Below are positions 1 to 11,900 of a stretch of DNA of 64,000 nucleotides, one piece after another (positions within the stretch are counted from its first letter, which is position 1; each line of letters begins with the position of its first letter). The position numbers and the translations under genes are program-made. The DNA comes from Macrostomum lignano. Lineage: Eukaryota. The stretch covers positions 80,182 through 144,181 of the forward strand of contig NIVC01002740.1 in assembly GCA_002269645.1 (NCBI GenBank), written 5' to 3'. Below the pieces are notes generated by a model that was given only the letters and a program-made list of their open reading frames with translations, was not told the DNA's origin and ran no database searches.

Positions 1-431
1 TTTTCTAGATCAGAATCGGACAGTTCAAGTTCCACAACTGCCAGTAGCATTGGAAAACTGCGACTAGCTAAAATGCATGCAACACAAAGAAGACCTGTTT
101 ATGAAGATAAAATTATCATTGATAACTCATTAGCTGAAATTATTAGGAACAATAACAGGTGCACATTTTTGAGTCCATTTATCGTAGGCTAAGAGACAAG
201 CCCAACTACATCTTAAAGCCAGCAAGAGAATGGGATGAACTTGGTCATGAGGACTATTCAATAAACCGGTGCCCTGAATCCAGCAGTGAGTTACGAAAGC
301 CTTTGCTTTTTACAAGGTGGAAACTTGGACAGTTGACTCCAGGTAGATAAAATGACTGCTCAGGTGCTCATTGGATTTTAGAGGACAATATTGAAGCCAT
401 CATAAATACACCTTCAAGAGAAGCATGTACA

Positions 432-3400
432 TTGGCAGACTCAGCATTAGCATCTGCTTCATCAGCAACAGAAAGAATCGAAATGCGACTAGCTCCTGCT
501 CCAGCTCCATGTTCTGAAAGCTCACACCGTAGTGAATTGGCCAGGTCCTATGAATTTTCAGAGCAAATAGCAGCTAATCGAGATCATGCTGTTCAAACTG
601 CTGCTGCAGAAACTTCTAATTTTTGCTCTGCTGCAAATGTACAGGAAAGAAGAGAGTTGTTGGAGAATGACCAGCAAACAAGCAAACTACAAGTGGAAAT
701 TATTAGGCAAGTAAATATTCAAAGACAATCAACGAAACGATCACTTTGCCAAAGTCCTATTGTTGATTTAGATTCGAGCGACTCAAGGGGTTCAGGTGAT
801 GTTGAAATAGTACAAGTAAATACTGCAGAAGCAGGGCCATCGCAAAGAAAAATACCATGCATAAGCACATCTGCAGACGCATGTCTAGCCACTTCAGCAT
901 CAAAGCCCTCGTCTTCCTCTATGATGGGCGAAAATATTGAAGTTTTCCCTAAAAAGGACTGGGAGGATACATCTGGTTTTCGAGAGGAGTGGTTACATTC
1001 TTTGGAGATGCACCAGTCACAGTAAGTAAATGGAAACTGACGAACTGTAAATTAATGTATAGTGTATTGTGTATTGCACTTATTAGCATATTGCTTTTAG
1101 ATACTCACAAATAGTCCAAATCCCAAAATATTCTCTAATTTGACCATTGCAGATCATTTTCAAGAAAATTTGTGTCACAAGAAATGAAGACATGGTTTCA
1201 ATATGTTCAAAACACCGAAGATCTATCAAGATCTGGAATACAATGTCGGATCTGCAGAAAATTTTTGAATGCACATAAGAAAAAGGAGACAAATCTAGAG
1301 AGCCAACGTAAGTTAACTTTTGCAACAGAACAAGGCTACATTCCCAAAGGTCATGCAAAAGATAGCGTACGAAGAAAACTACAGGAACATTCATCAAATA
1401 CACTTCACAGTGACGCCATAAAGTGGATGAAGGAAAAACATACTTCAGTTCTTGCAAAGCAACTCAAACAGATGAATGAGGCCGCTAGACTAGCTAAAAC
1501 TAAACGAGATGAAATAACAGCCCGAGTTTTGACAACAGTTTTTTCGCCGAAGTCAAATCTAATATTCCATTCAGTGCTCATCCAAATATGATTGATTTAC
1601 AAGTAAAAAATGGGTTGGATATGGGGAGCCATCATAAGCATCGCAAAAGTGCCGCAGCAATGGTGGAATCAATCAGTAATACAATGCATCGGACATTTGT
1701 GAATTACATTAAAAGTGCTGACAACCTTCCGATTTCTATTGTACTAGATACAACGTCTGATATTCATTCAAACAGCTACGTCATGATATACTTCAGAGTT
1801 CTTGAAAACAGCCAACCTTTGATGTTTTTTTATCGGTTTAAACGTCTGACTGAAGTAGAGACTGGACGAAGCATTTATGAACTTCTCATCCGTTTATTTT
1901 CGGATGACAAGCTAGAAGATGAAATCAAACGAAGGCTATGGGGGTGACAACTGATGGTGCATCCGTAATGACAGGAAGTCGAGTGGGATTAATAAGTCAA
2001 CTGAGGCCTTGGGCTAGCAAACAATTTTTTCAGCACCATTGTGCAGCGCATAAGTTAGAACTTTCAATCTATCATGCCTTTGAAATCTTCCCATTTATGC
2101 AACATCTCGATAAGAATATAAATTCTCTACACAAATTTTATATGAGCCACGCTGTTAAACGTAAGGCATCTTTGGCACAAACTTCGGAAGCACTCAACTT
2201 GGTTTTCTATGAATTAAAAAGAATATATCGTATCAGGTGGGTTGCATCGGAAGTGTCTGCTCTTGATGTGATTCGAAAGTCATACTACTTGCTTCTGACA
2301 AATTTAGAAAATATCAAATCACCTTCCTCAGGCTTTGATGACGAAAGTAAAGCAACTGCCTCTGGATTATTGAAAACATTGCAAAATGTCCGGTATTATT
2401 CATTACATCTATTTCTCATGGACATTCTAAAATTACTGGAATTTGAGTCCTTGCAGTTTCAAAGAGCCAAGGGTACATTTATTGGCTTGCAAGAACGCCA
2501 CACTAACCTTATCCATTCACTAGAAACCTTAAAAACGAACAATGGTCCTCGCATTGTGGACTTTTTGGCTTCCTGCAAGTGTCGTCGAGTTTTGGGAACT
2601 GCAGATGGATATCCGCAGCTGGAATACCATTCAGGATGTCACACAAGAGACCTATCTTATTCTAACTTTGCTTGTCCTTCCGGCCCTGGAAGCAGCGATC
2701 CAACAGAGAGGTTTGAGTTGAAGCAACCAGGTTCTGCTGCAGACAGATCTCTAAGAAATAGATTATTTGATGCTAGTGGACGTGGCAGTGTTGTTGACAT
2801 GGGAGCTTATCCAGCACTGGATGAGATTCGCAGTCGAATCATTGATAGCATAATTGATCAGCTGCGTAATTATTTTTCTGAGGATGACTACTCAATATTT
2901 AATGTGCTCAACCCAGTGTTATTGCCTAATGCTGAAACATTACATACTGTCTTTACATACAGTTCGAGAATCATACCTCTTGCTAGACGGTTTGGAATGG
3001 AAGATGACAGCTCTGAATCTGAAACAGAGGACCATCTTTCTGATTCAGACTCTAGAGATGCAGATGCTTCAGAACGCGCTACAGAAAGGACAATCTCTGG
3101 TCAGTTCGGTCTACTCCTAAAAAGTTTGATCACTTCGCATAGTGTTGACTTCTGTGCCTACAAAGGCAAAGGTCCGGTGAAATTTTGGAGTCACTTTCTA
3201 GAGACAAGAACTGTTGAATGGCTGCCCAGAATAAAGAATCTAATTATGGTTGTGTTAACTTTGCCAATATCATCAGCTGAGGCTAAAAGAGGGTTTTCTA
3301 TCTATAAGCACATTGCCTATGACAGGAGAACACGCTTGGCACCAAAAACATTGGAGCATCTACTACGGATTCGAATAAATGGGCCTCCGCTGATGAAATT

Positions 3401-3539
3401 TAAGCCGGATATTTATGTCAATGATTGGCTGAAAAAACACTGGCGTTCTGATGCTCCTGGAGGTCAACGGCAAAAAGAATCCAACGTAGACGAGGAAAAT
3501 AAAGATTCTGATTCTGATTTGCTAAGTGGACTATTTTAA
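432..3539 (+). mobile_element. hAT-family (ZNF862/THAP12-like) transposase, intron-containing, two frameshifts, probably inactive
   Basis: Motifs in order: QCRIC zinc finger, LDTTSD (D1), GVTTDGASVMTG (D2), HCAAH (CxxH), RIRW, LPISSAEAKRGFS (hATC dimerisation region). A phase-2 GT-AG intron at 1022-1152 joins ORF 432 to ORF 1172 in frame (HQSQ|SFSRKFVSQ). Frameshifts lie at a T6 run (~1539-1544) and a G5 run (~1940-1944). TIRs not found. Confidence 0.85.
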
Positions 3540-3884
3540 AAGTTTTTTATCAGTTTTAATCTGCTACAATTTTAATCAATTATTACAATGGTACATGCAT
3601 AATCATTAAGACTACAGTTCTTCTAAGTTCATATATAAGACCGTTAGAATCTTGCAGTTTTAATTTGCTAATTAAATATTATTAAAAGTATGATTTGCAA
3701 TTGTAATAGGGCTGAAAAATTACTGCTTATAAGTTATTCTATCCCTATTTCTATTCCTTAGCCATTTCTGGCTTCGTAATTCTTAATTTTTCAAATTGAT
3801 GCGTTAATGCACACGTAGCCTACACCCTAGTAAGTGATACATTAAATTCATCCTAAACTAATCCTAACCTAATAATCCTAAAGA

Positions 3885-4382
3885 TGCTCTGCGACTTAAC
3901 TCAGTCCTGCTGCGACTTACCTCGGCCCTGCTGCGACTTACTCGGTCCTGCTGCGACTTAGCTCGCCCTCGGTGCGACTTAGCTCTCGCTCGGTGCGACT
4001 TAGCTCGCCCTCGGTGCGACTTAGCTTGGTCCTGCTGCGACTTAGTGCGACTTAGCTCTCGCTCGGTGCGACTTAGTTCGCCCTCGGTGCGACTTAGCTC
4101 GGTCCTGCTGCGACTTAGCTCGCCCTCGGTGCGACTTAGCTCGGTCCTGCTGCGACTTAGCTCGCCCTCGGTGCGACTTAGCTCGGTCCTGCTGCGACTT
4201 AGTGCGACTTAGCTCTCGCTCGGTGCGACTTATTTTGCCCTCGGTGCGACTTAGCTCGCCCTTAGTGCGACTTAGCTCTCGCTCGGTGCGACTTAGTTCG
4301 CCCTCGATGCGACTTAGCTCGGTCCTGCTGCGACTTAGCTTGCCCTCGGTGCGACTTAGCTCGCCCTCGGTGCGACTTACCT
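3885..4382. repeat. ~21-bp minisatellite (GTGCGACTTAGCTCGCCCTCG / CTGCGACTTAGCTCGGTCCTG variants)
   Basis: Directly visible tandem units around the core GCGACTTA. Confidence 0.95.
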
Positions 4383-4873
4383 TGTCTTCAGTGCTGCAAC
4401 TTACAGCACTTACAACTCTTTTTGTGTTTTTCTCTTTCTCTTTGCTCCCTTTTTCTCGTTTTTTCCTTTTCCTTTCCCCTTTTTCGTCTTTTGTTTTTTC
4501 GTTTTTTTTGGCGGTTAATCAATTTTGCGACTTACTTGGTTGGCCGCCAAATCGGTCGGCCGGATCGGCCGACTCGGCCGACTGTTGCGCATGTATGTGC
4601 ACTCTAAAAGAACAAATTTTAGTGGACTTTTTAGAGACCTATCTTGTTAAGATGTAAAACTTTATTTTTGTTTTTTTATACCAAATCACTCAACTGGATG
4701 TCCTATATTTGAAAACACCAAGATCCAGCTAATTGGGTCATTAATAACTTGCCCAAGTGCCAAAAAGTACCTAAAAATGACATTTTTTGAAAACTATATT
4801 ATATTTTTAAAAAGTAGTCCCCAAAGTTAAGAAAGTGTTTTATGCTATGGTGTTAAGACTTTAGCATAATGTG

Positions 4874-5243
4874 TAGTGTTCCGCCGTAAGGAGGGTCCAT
4901 GTACCATAGCCATAGCGATAAGCAAAACTATGGCTTATTCCAATTCTCCATATTCTGTAGCCGTAGGGACCCCAATATTATCATATTCCCATAGTTCCCG
5001 TAGCCATAGCCGTAGTTTTAACAAAACGTATAGAAAACAAAATATTTTGAATCAAGAAGATAACCTAGTGCTTAAACAACTGCAAATTAAGTTAGAAAAT
5101 AAAAGAAGCACTCAATTGCCTTTGTAAGATTATATTTTGTCTTTTTTGAGAGCAACAATACTTAATCATTACTGAAAGTACTAATGCTGAACTTTTTCAC
5201 ATTAATAAATTTTCATATTAGCTACAGCTACGGCGGAACACTA
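4874..5243. mobile_element. Putative MITE with TA-flanked terminal inverted repeats
   Basis: TAGTGTTCCGCCGTA (4874-4888) is the exact reverse complement of TACGGCGGAACACTA (5229-5243). Internal CCGTAG/GCCATAG subrepeats; no coding capacity. Confidence 0.65.
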
Positions 5244-5561
5244 ATAAAGTGTCAAAGTATAGAAATTAAATTTCCTAGATTTTCTAAACATTTGGAACTA
5301 CCTATGTGGAGCAATGGCCTAGAAACCGACGAAAAAAGGCCAAGGGCTTGACCAAAAATCAGACGTTAAGGAAATTTTTAAAAAATAAGATGAATATTTT
5401 TGAGTGTGGTGTCATATTTAAAGTTAAGTAAAACTCTTGTAATTTTTAAAAGAATGTGTTTTAAAAAAGTTGGTGTTATAAACAATTTTTAGGGCACAAG
5501 TCTAAACTAAATGGATTCCAGATAAAGAAAAATTATGGGGTATCAAGATGATTGTTTCAGT

Positions 5562-5625
5562 GGGGATCAGGAATCAAACCCCTAATGTTCAAGTTGTAAA
5601 TCCAATACTCTATCTACTAGGCTAT
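5562..5625 (-). mobile_element. Degenerate tRNA-derived SINE head or tRNA pseudogene fragment
   Basis: Minus strand shows A-box-like TAGCCTAGTAGATAG and B-box-like GGTTTGATTCC at tRNA-like spacing. No intact cloverleaf seen. Confidence 0.3.
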
Positions 5626-5964
5626 AATCCCATTAAGCAAAATAAATTCATTGTAAAAAACTTGCATGAAAAGTATAATTGCTAAAAAAACTTTCTTTTT
5701 TTGAAATTTTTTTGTTGTTTAAGACCTATTAGAATTATAAAGCAAATATAAATATATATATTATAGATTTTATTGATCAATTTATGGTATATAAAGGACA
5801 TTATACAATAAAAATATAATTTGGTATGTCCAATTATAATATAACTTTCTGAATACTTATTGCATATATTTTTGCTTTTTATGAAGTCAAGTATTGTTGA
5901 CAGCAGGAAACTTTAAATTGCACAGTTTTATTTTTAAAAACTATACAACCTTCTGCTGGCATAC

Positions 5965-8900
5965 ATGAGTCACAGTAAGTAAAATTTTGTTCAGAAAAAA
6001 TATAATGATTCTAATTAGAAAATAAGTTTCATACTTTTAACCCTTTTTAAACAGCCCTTAAGTTCTTAGGGATTTCAGATTGATGAGATAGCATTTGTTA
6101 TTATTGCTGCTGCTCAACAAATTAGATAAACTTCAGACTGAGTTGTGGCTTATTAGAAAAAAAATTCATTTTCTTTTGTGTTCCAATGTAGCTATTAATA
6201 TGGTTACAGAAAATTATGGATATAGTTATAGGAATGCATATTTCCTATATCTAGTTCTTATATCTACTTTTTTGCCAGTTTCAAGTAGCAGCAGATATTT
6301 TCTACAACACGTGCACTTTGTTTAGTGGATGTGGTGGGGGAAAAAGTGAAGGTTAAAAGAATCCGAGCTGATAGTTTAGTAAATGTACTTAAAACTTTTA
6401 ATCTTATTTTTACTTATTGAAGAATCTTGTGAGTAAAGTTCATATAAATCTGTCTGTGTAACTACTGAGAGCATCGGGATTGCTTCACATATTTTCACAT
6501 TTCACATTCATACAATCTAAATTCAAAAGTGCTCAATGCAGACTTTAATAACAAATTGCTTGAGCACAAACGCAAAAAACAACAATAACAAAATCAGACA
6601 GCGGCTTTGGCTTCGCTGCTGGCGGATGTCGCAGTTCGTACGACTATCAGCTGCCACCTCCAGCTGCTGGATTCGGGCATCGTCAGCAGCAACAGCGTCT
6701 GGATCGCGACAGGTCTCCAATTCGACCTGGTGGTGGTTGTGGTGATGTGGGCGATGGCTCTAGCAGAGCTCGCGGGGGTAAGTGGAAAGCTCTTAGGAAC
6801 CGTTCGAAACACGCGACAATCTGGGGCTTGTACATGAAATATTGGTTTCTAGGGCTTTTAGTTAGAAGCAGCAAGGAGCTGTGTGGACCCTGGCGCACTT
6901 TAAGCGACATTGTCACACAACCGGCGAGAGGCATTGCTTCCCGTTCCACCGACTCCCCTGAGCAGGCACACAAGCGCGTATACATACGCAGTCATATGCA
7001 TAGACACACACTAGCTTTATTTATCGTTAAGCAAGTACACTTCACTTAACGATTCCAATTTAGCCCCAAATGATCGAATGTGACTGCACTTAGGATCGAG
7101 CCTAGACCGCTGGCACATGAGAGGGCCGCGCTTGACTCACTGACTCATGATAAGAAGTTTAAGGGATCAATGCTGCTGTACACCCTGTGTGCGTGCTCAG
7201 GAGCCTGCAGAATGAGCATAACTGCTTGCCTTCTCACTGTTTGCGGTTAGACTGTTGTTTTGATTTGGTTAAAAACCGCTCTGATCTGACCAATCTGTCT
7301 ACAATTGCACCCATAGGAGGTGGCAATTCGATTCGTTCGCGCATCACAGAGGAGCCGCGGGGCTGGGAGCAGGACGAATCCGTGCGGCTAGATCTATACA
7401 ACAGCGATCTCTGGCTAATGATTGATACTGACGGTGTCAATGCCAAACCATTTAGTCATGGCGGCTTTGCTAACATGTGGGCTGGCGCTCAGGCTACCTA
7501 TGCCGCTAGGCGGGGGCGCGTGTTTTACGAGGTGCGTAAGGCTTGCTGATTCTGGCTTCGATTATTGAGTTTTTCATTGATTAAGGGGGTTACAGCAGAT
7601 TGGTGCCAGTGGAATGAGGTGGGTGTCAGTGGAGTGAGGTTGGTGTCAGTGGAGTGAGGTTGGTGTCAGTGGAGTGAGGTGGGTGTCAGTGGAGTGAGGT
7701 GGGTGTCAGTGGAGTGAGGTTGGTGTCAGTGGAGTGAGGTTGGTGTCGGTGGAGTGAAACTACACACGCGGCATCACAGGGTCACTCACTCCTCGAATCC
7801 CAGGTGCGGATCGGGCAGAACAATCGCGACGTCTCGGCGCCGCCGGAGGAGCGGTTGATGTTCCTGCTGCGCTGCGGCTGGTCGCCATTAGGCGCCGGCA
7901 TGGTGCTGGGCGAGGAGCCGCTGTCTTACGGCTACGGCGGCTCCGGCAAAGCTAGCACTGATTCGCAGTTCAAGGACTACGGCGGTCCCTTTGACTCTGG
8001 CGATGTTGTCGGCTGTTTTCTGGTAATTTGCTTATTATAGTTTTTTTAAACGAACTTAAAAAAGCTTGGAATGTTTTTGAAGTGTGTATTTGAAATTTCA
8101 CTGCATCAACTTTGATAATTGCAGTTTATTAACAAAGATTCGCGCATTTTAAAGCAGTTTTGTTAAGAATTGCTTTTGAATTAAATTGAATCGTTTTTAA
8201 TCTGCCTTCAAAGACCATCCTTAATGCATCCTGATACTGAGAATCATCTAATATCTACCCTTAGAATCGCTCTTAATCTACCCTAAGAATCGCTCTTAAT
8301 CCACCCTAAGAATCGCTCTTAATCCACCCTAAGAATCGCTCTTAATCTACCGTGAGAATTGCCCTTTATCTACTCTGAAAATTGCCCTTAATCTACCCTG
8401 AGAATCGCCCTCAATCTATTTTGAGAATCGCCTTAAATCTACCCTGAGAATCGCTAGATTGCCCCGAGAATCGCCTTCAATCTACCCTGAGAATCGCTCA
8501 CAATCTACCGTGAGAATCGCCCTTTATCTACTCTAAAAATTGCCCTTAATATACCCTGAGAGTCGCCCTTAATCTACCGTTAGAATTGCCCTTAATCTAC
8601 CCTAAGAATCGCTCTTAATCTACCCTAAGAATCGCTCTTAATCTACCCTAAGAATCGCTCTTAATCTACCCTAAGAATCGCTCTTAATCTACCCTAAGAA
8701 AAGCTCTTAATCTACCCTAAGAATCGCTCTTAATCTACCCTGAGAATCGCCCTCAATCTACTCTGAAAATTTCCCTTAATCTACCGTTAGAATTGCCCTT
8801 AATCTACCCTGAGAATCATTCGTAATCTACCGTTAGAATTTCCCTTAATCTACCCTGAGAATCGCCCTCAATCTACCCTGAGAGTCGCCCTTAATCTACC

Positions 8901-11900
8901 CTGAAAATCGCCCTTAATCTACCGGGAGGATCGCCCTTTATCTACTCTGAGAATCGCCCTCAATCTATCTTGAGAATCGCCCTCAACCTATCCTGAGAAT
9001 CGCCCTCAATCTACCCTGAGAATCGCCCTCAATCTACCCTGAGAATCGCCCTCAATCTACCCTGAGAATCGCCCTCAATCTATCCTGAGAATCGCCCTCA
9101 ATCTATCCTGAGAATCGCCCTCAATCTATCCTGAGAATCGCCCTCAATCTATCCTGAGAATCGCCCTCAATCTATCTTGAGAATCTTCCTCAATGTATCT
9201 TGACAGTCGGTCGCTCTATGTTCATTACCAATGCTCAATTTCTCGCGCAGGAGTACCGCGATGACGGCGTGCCGATCATCTCGTACGCTCTGGACGGGCG
9301 CAGCCTCGGCGTCTGCTACATGGCCAATGAGGCCCGCAATAAGCCGCTGTTTCCGCACCTGCTAACTAAAAATGTGCAGTTCGAAGTCAACTTTGGTCAG
9401 CGCAAGTGAGTCATTCATCCCAGTCTGAAAACTTTCTAGTTCTTTAGGTTTTAATATTAATATTAACTTGCAGTTTTAAAATCTCCAAGATTTGAGTAGT
9501 TGCAGTTTCAAAATCTGCAAGATCTAAGTAGTTGCAGTTTCAAAATCTCTAAGATTTCAGTAGTTGCAGTTTCAAAATCTCCAAGATTTGAGTAGTTGCA
9601 GTTTCAAAATCTGCAAGATCTAAGTAGTTGCAGTTTCAAAATCTCTAAGATTTCAGTAGTTGCAGTTTCAAAATCTCCAAGATCTCAGTAGTTGCAGTTT
9701 CAAAATCTCCAAGATTTCAGTAGTTGCAGTTTCAAAATCTCTAAGATCTCAGTAGTTGCAGTTTCAAAATCTCCAAGATTTCAGTAGTTGCAGTTTCAAA
9801 ATCTCCAAGATTTCAGTAGTTGCAGTTTCAAAATCTCCAAGATTTGAGTAATTGCAGTTTCAAAATCTGCAAGATCTCAGTAGTTGCAGTTTCAAAATCT
9901 GTAAGATCTAAGTAGTTGCAGTTTCAAAATCTCTAAGATTTCAGTAGTTGCAGTTTCTAAATCTCTAAGATTTCAGTAGTTGCAGTTTCAAAATCTCTAA
10001 GATTTCAGTAGTTGCAGTTTCAAAATCTCTAAGATCTCAGTAGTTGCAGTTTCAAAATCTCTAAGATCTCAGTAGTTGCAGTTTCAAAATCTCCAAGATC
10101 TCAGTAGTTGCAGTTTCAAAATGTCCAAGATCTCAGTAGTTGCAGTTTCAAAATCTCCAAGATCTCAGTAGTTGCAGTTTCAAAATGTCCAAGATCTCAG
10201 TAGTTGCAGTTTCAAAATCTGCAAGATCTCAGTAGTTGCAGTTTCAAAATCTGCAAGATCTCAGTAGTTGCAGTTTTAAATTCTGCAAGATTTCAGTAGT
10301 TGCAGTTTCAAAATCTCCAAGATCTCAGTAGTTGCAGTTTCAAAATGTCCAAGATCTCAGTAGTTGCAGTTTTCAAAGTCTGCAAGATCTCAGTAGTTGC
10401 AGTTTCAAAATCTCCCTAACCCACCCTCAGGCCCTGGTTCCCGCCGTCAGAAGATGAGGCAGCAGGCGGCTGGACTCAGATCGGCCGGCTGACTGATCGC
10501 GATCGCCAAAGAAACTATTTGCCGCCTGACAAGCGCGAGGACTGCACTATGCTGATGATGTGCGGCCTGCCAGCTGCTGGCAAATCTGTGTGGGCTGAGA
10601 AGCACTGCTCAGAGAATGCCGACAAGCGCTACTGTGTACTGGGCACCAACAGCATAATTGACAGGCTGAAAGTGATGGGCCTGCCAAGGCAGAGAAACTA
10701 CCACGGCCGCTGGGAGTTGCTGATCGAACGGGCTACGAAATGTTTAAACGATCTGTTTGAAGTGGCCTGCCGGCGCAAGCGGAACTACATTCTGGACCAG
10801 ACTAACGTGTACGCCAGCGCCCAGCGCAGGAAAATGGCGCCGTTCGATGGCTACAGGCGATTGGCCGTTGTTGTGGTGCCTGAGCACGATGAGTACCAGC
10901 GCAGGCTTGATAGGCAGCGCAAAGTTGAAGGCAAGGAGGTGCCTGACCAGGCTATCGCGTCTATGAAGGGTGAGTGCTGTATGAAAAACTGAATATTATT
11001 TTCAAACATAAAAGTTTCATCATAATTCAGGTGTTGATCTCCGATTGGACAGGGGGTACTATAATTGACGCAATGGGAATGTTGCTGAGATGCCAGGGCT
11101 CTTAGGCAATTGTTGTAATGCCGTGGGTCATAGGGAATTTCTGAGATGCCAGGGCTCATAGGGAATTGTTGTAATGCCGTGAGTCATAGGGAATGTTGCT
11201 GAGATGCCAGGGCTCATAGGGAATTGTTGTAATGCCGTGGGTCATAGGGAATTTCTGAGATGCCATGGCTCATAAAGAATCGCTGAGATGCTAGGTCTCA
11301 TAGCCTGGGAATCGCTGAGATGCTTGCTAGGTCTCATAGCCTGGGAATTGCTGAGATGCTTGCTAGGTGTCATAGCCTGGGAATCGCTGAGATGCTAGGT
11401 CTCATAGCCTGGGAATCGCTGAGATGCTAGGTCTCATAGCCTAGGAATCGCTGAGATGCTAGGTCTCATAGCCTGGGAATCGCTGAGATGCTTGCTAGGT
11501 CTCATAGCCTGGGAATCGCTGAGATGCTTGCTAGGTGTCATAGCCTGGGAATCGCTGAGATGCTAGGTCTCATAGCCTGGGAATCGCTGAGATGCTAGGT
11601 CTCATAGCCTGGGAATCGCTGAGATGCTAGGTCTCATAGCCTGGGAATCGCTGAGATGCTAGGTCTCATAGCCTGGGAATCGCTGAGATGCTAGGTCTCA
11701 TAGCCTGGGAATCGCTGAGATGCTTGCTAGGTCTCATAGCCTGGGAATCGCTGAGATGCTAGGTCTCATAGCCTGGGAATCGCTGAGATGCTTGCTAGGT
11801 CTCATAGCCTGGGAATCGCTGAGATGCTTGCTAGGTGTCATAGCCTGGGAATCGCTGAGATGCTAGGTCTCATAGCCTGGGAATCGCTGAGATGCTAGGT

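Noticed and set aside
159-350. Short ORF upstream of the hAT transposase
   Set aside because: May be part of the element's 5' region, but I could not establish a splice or frame link.
1015-5983. Identical 16-mer AGTCACAGTAAGTAAA at 1015 and 5968
   Set aside because: Half of it is the splice-donor consensus and the flanks do not align, so probably chance.
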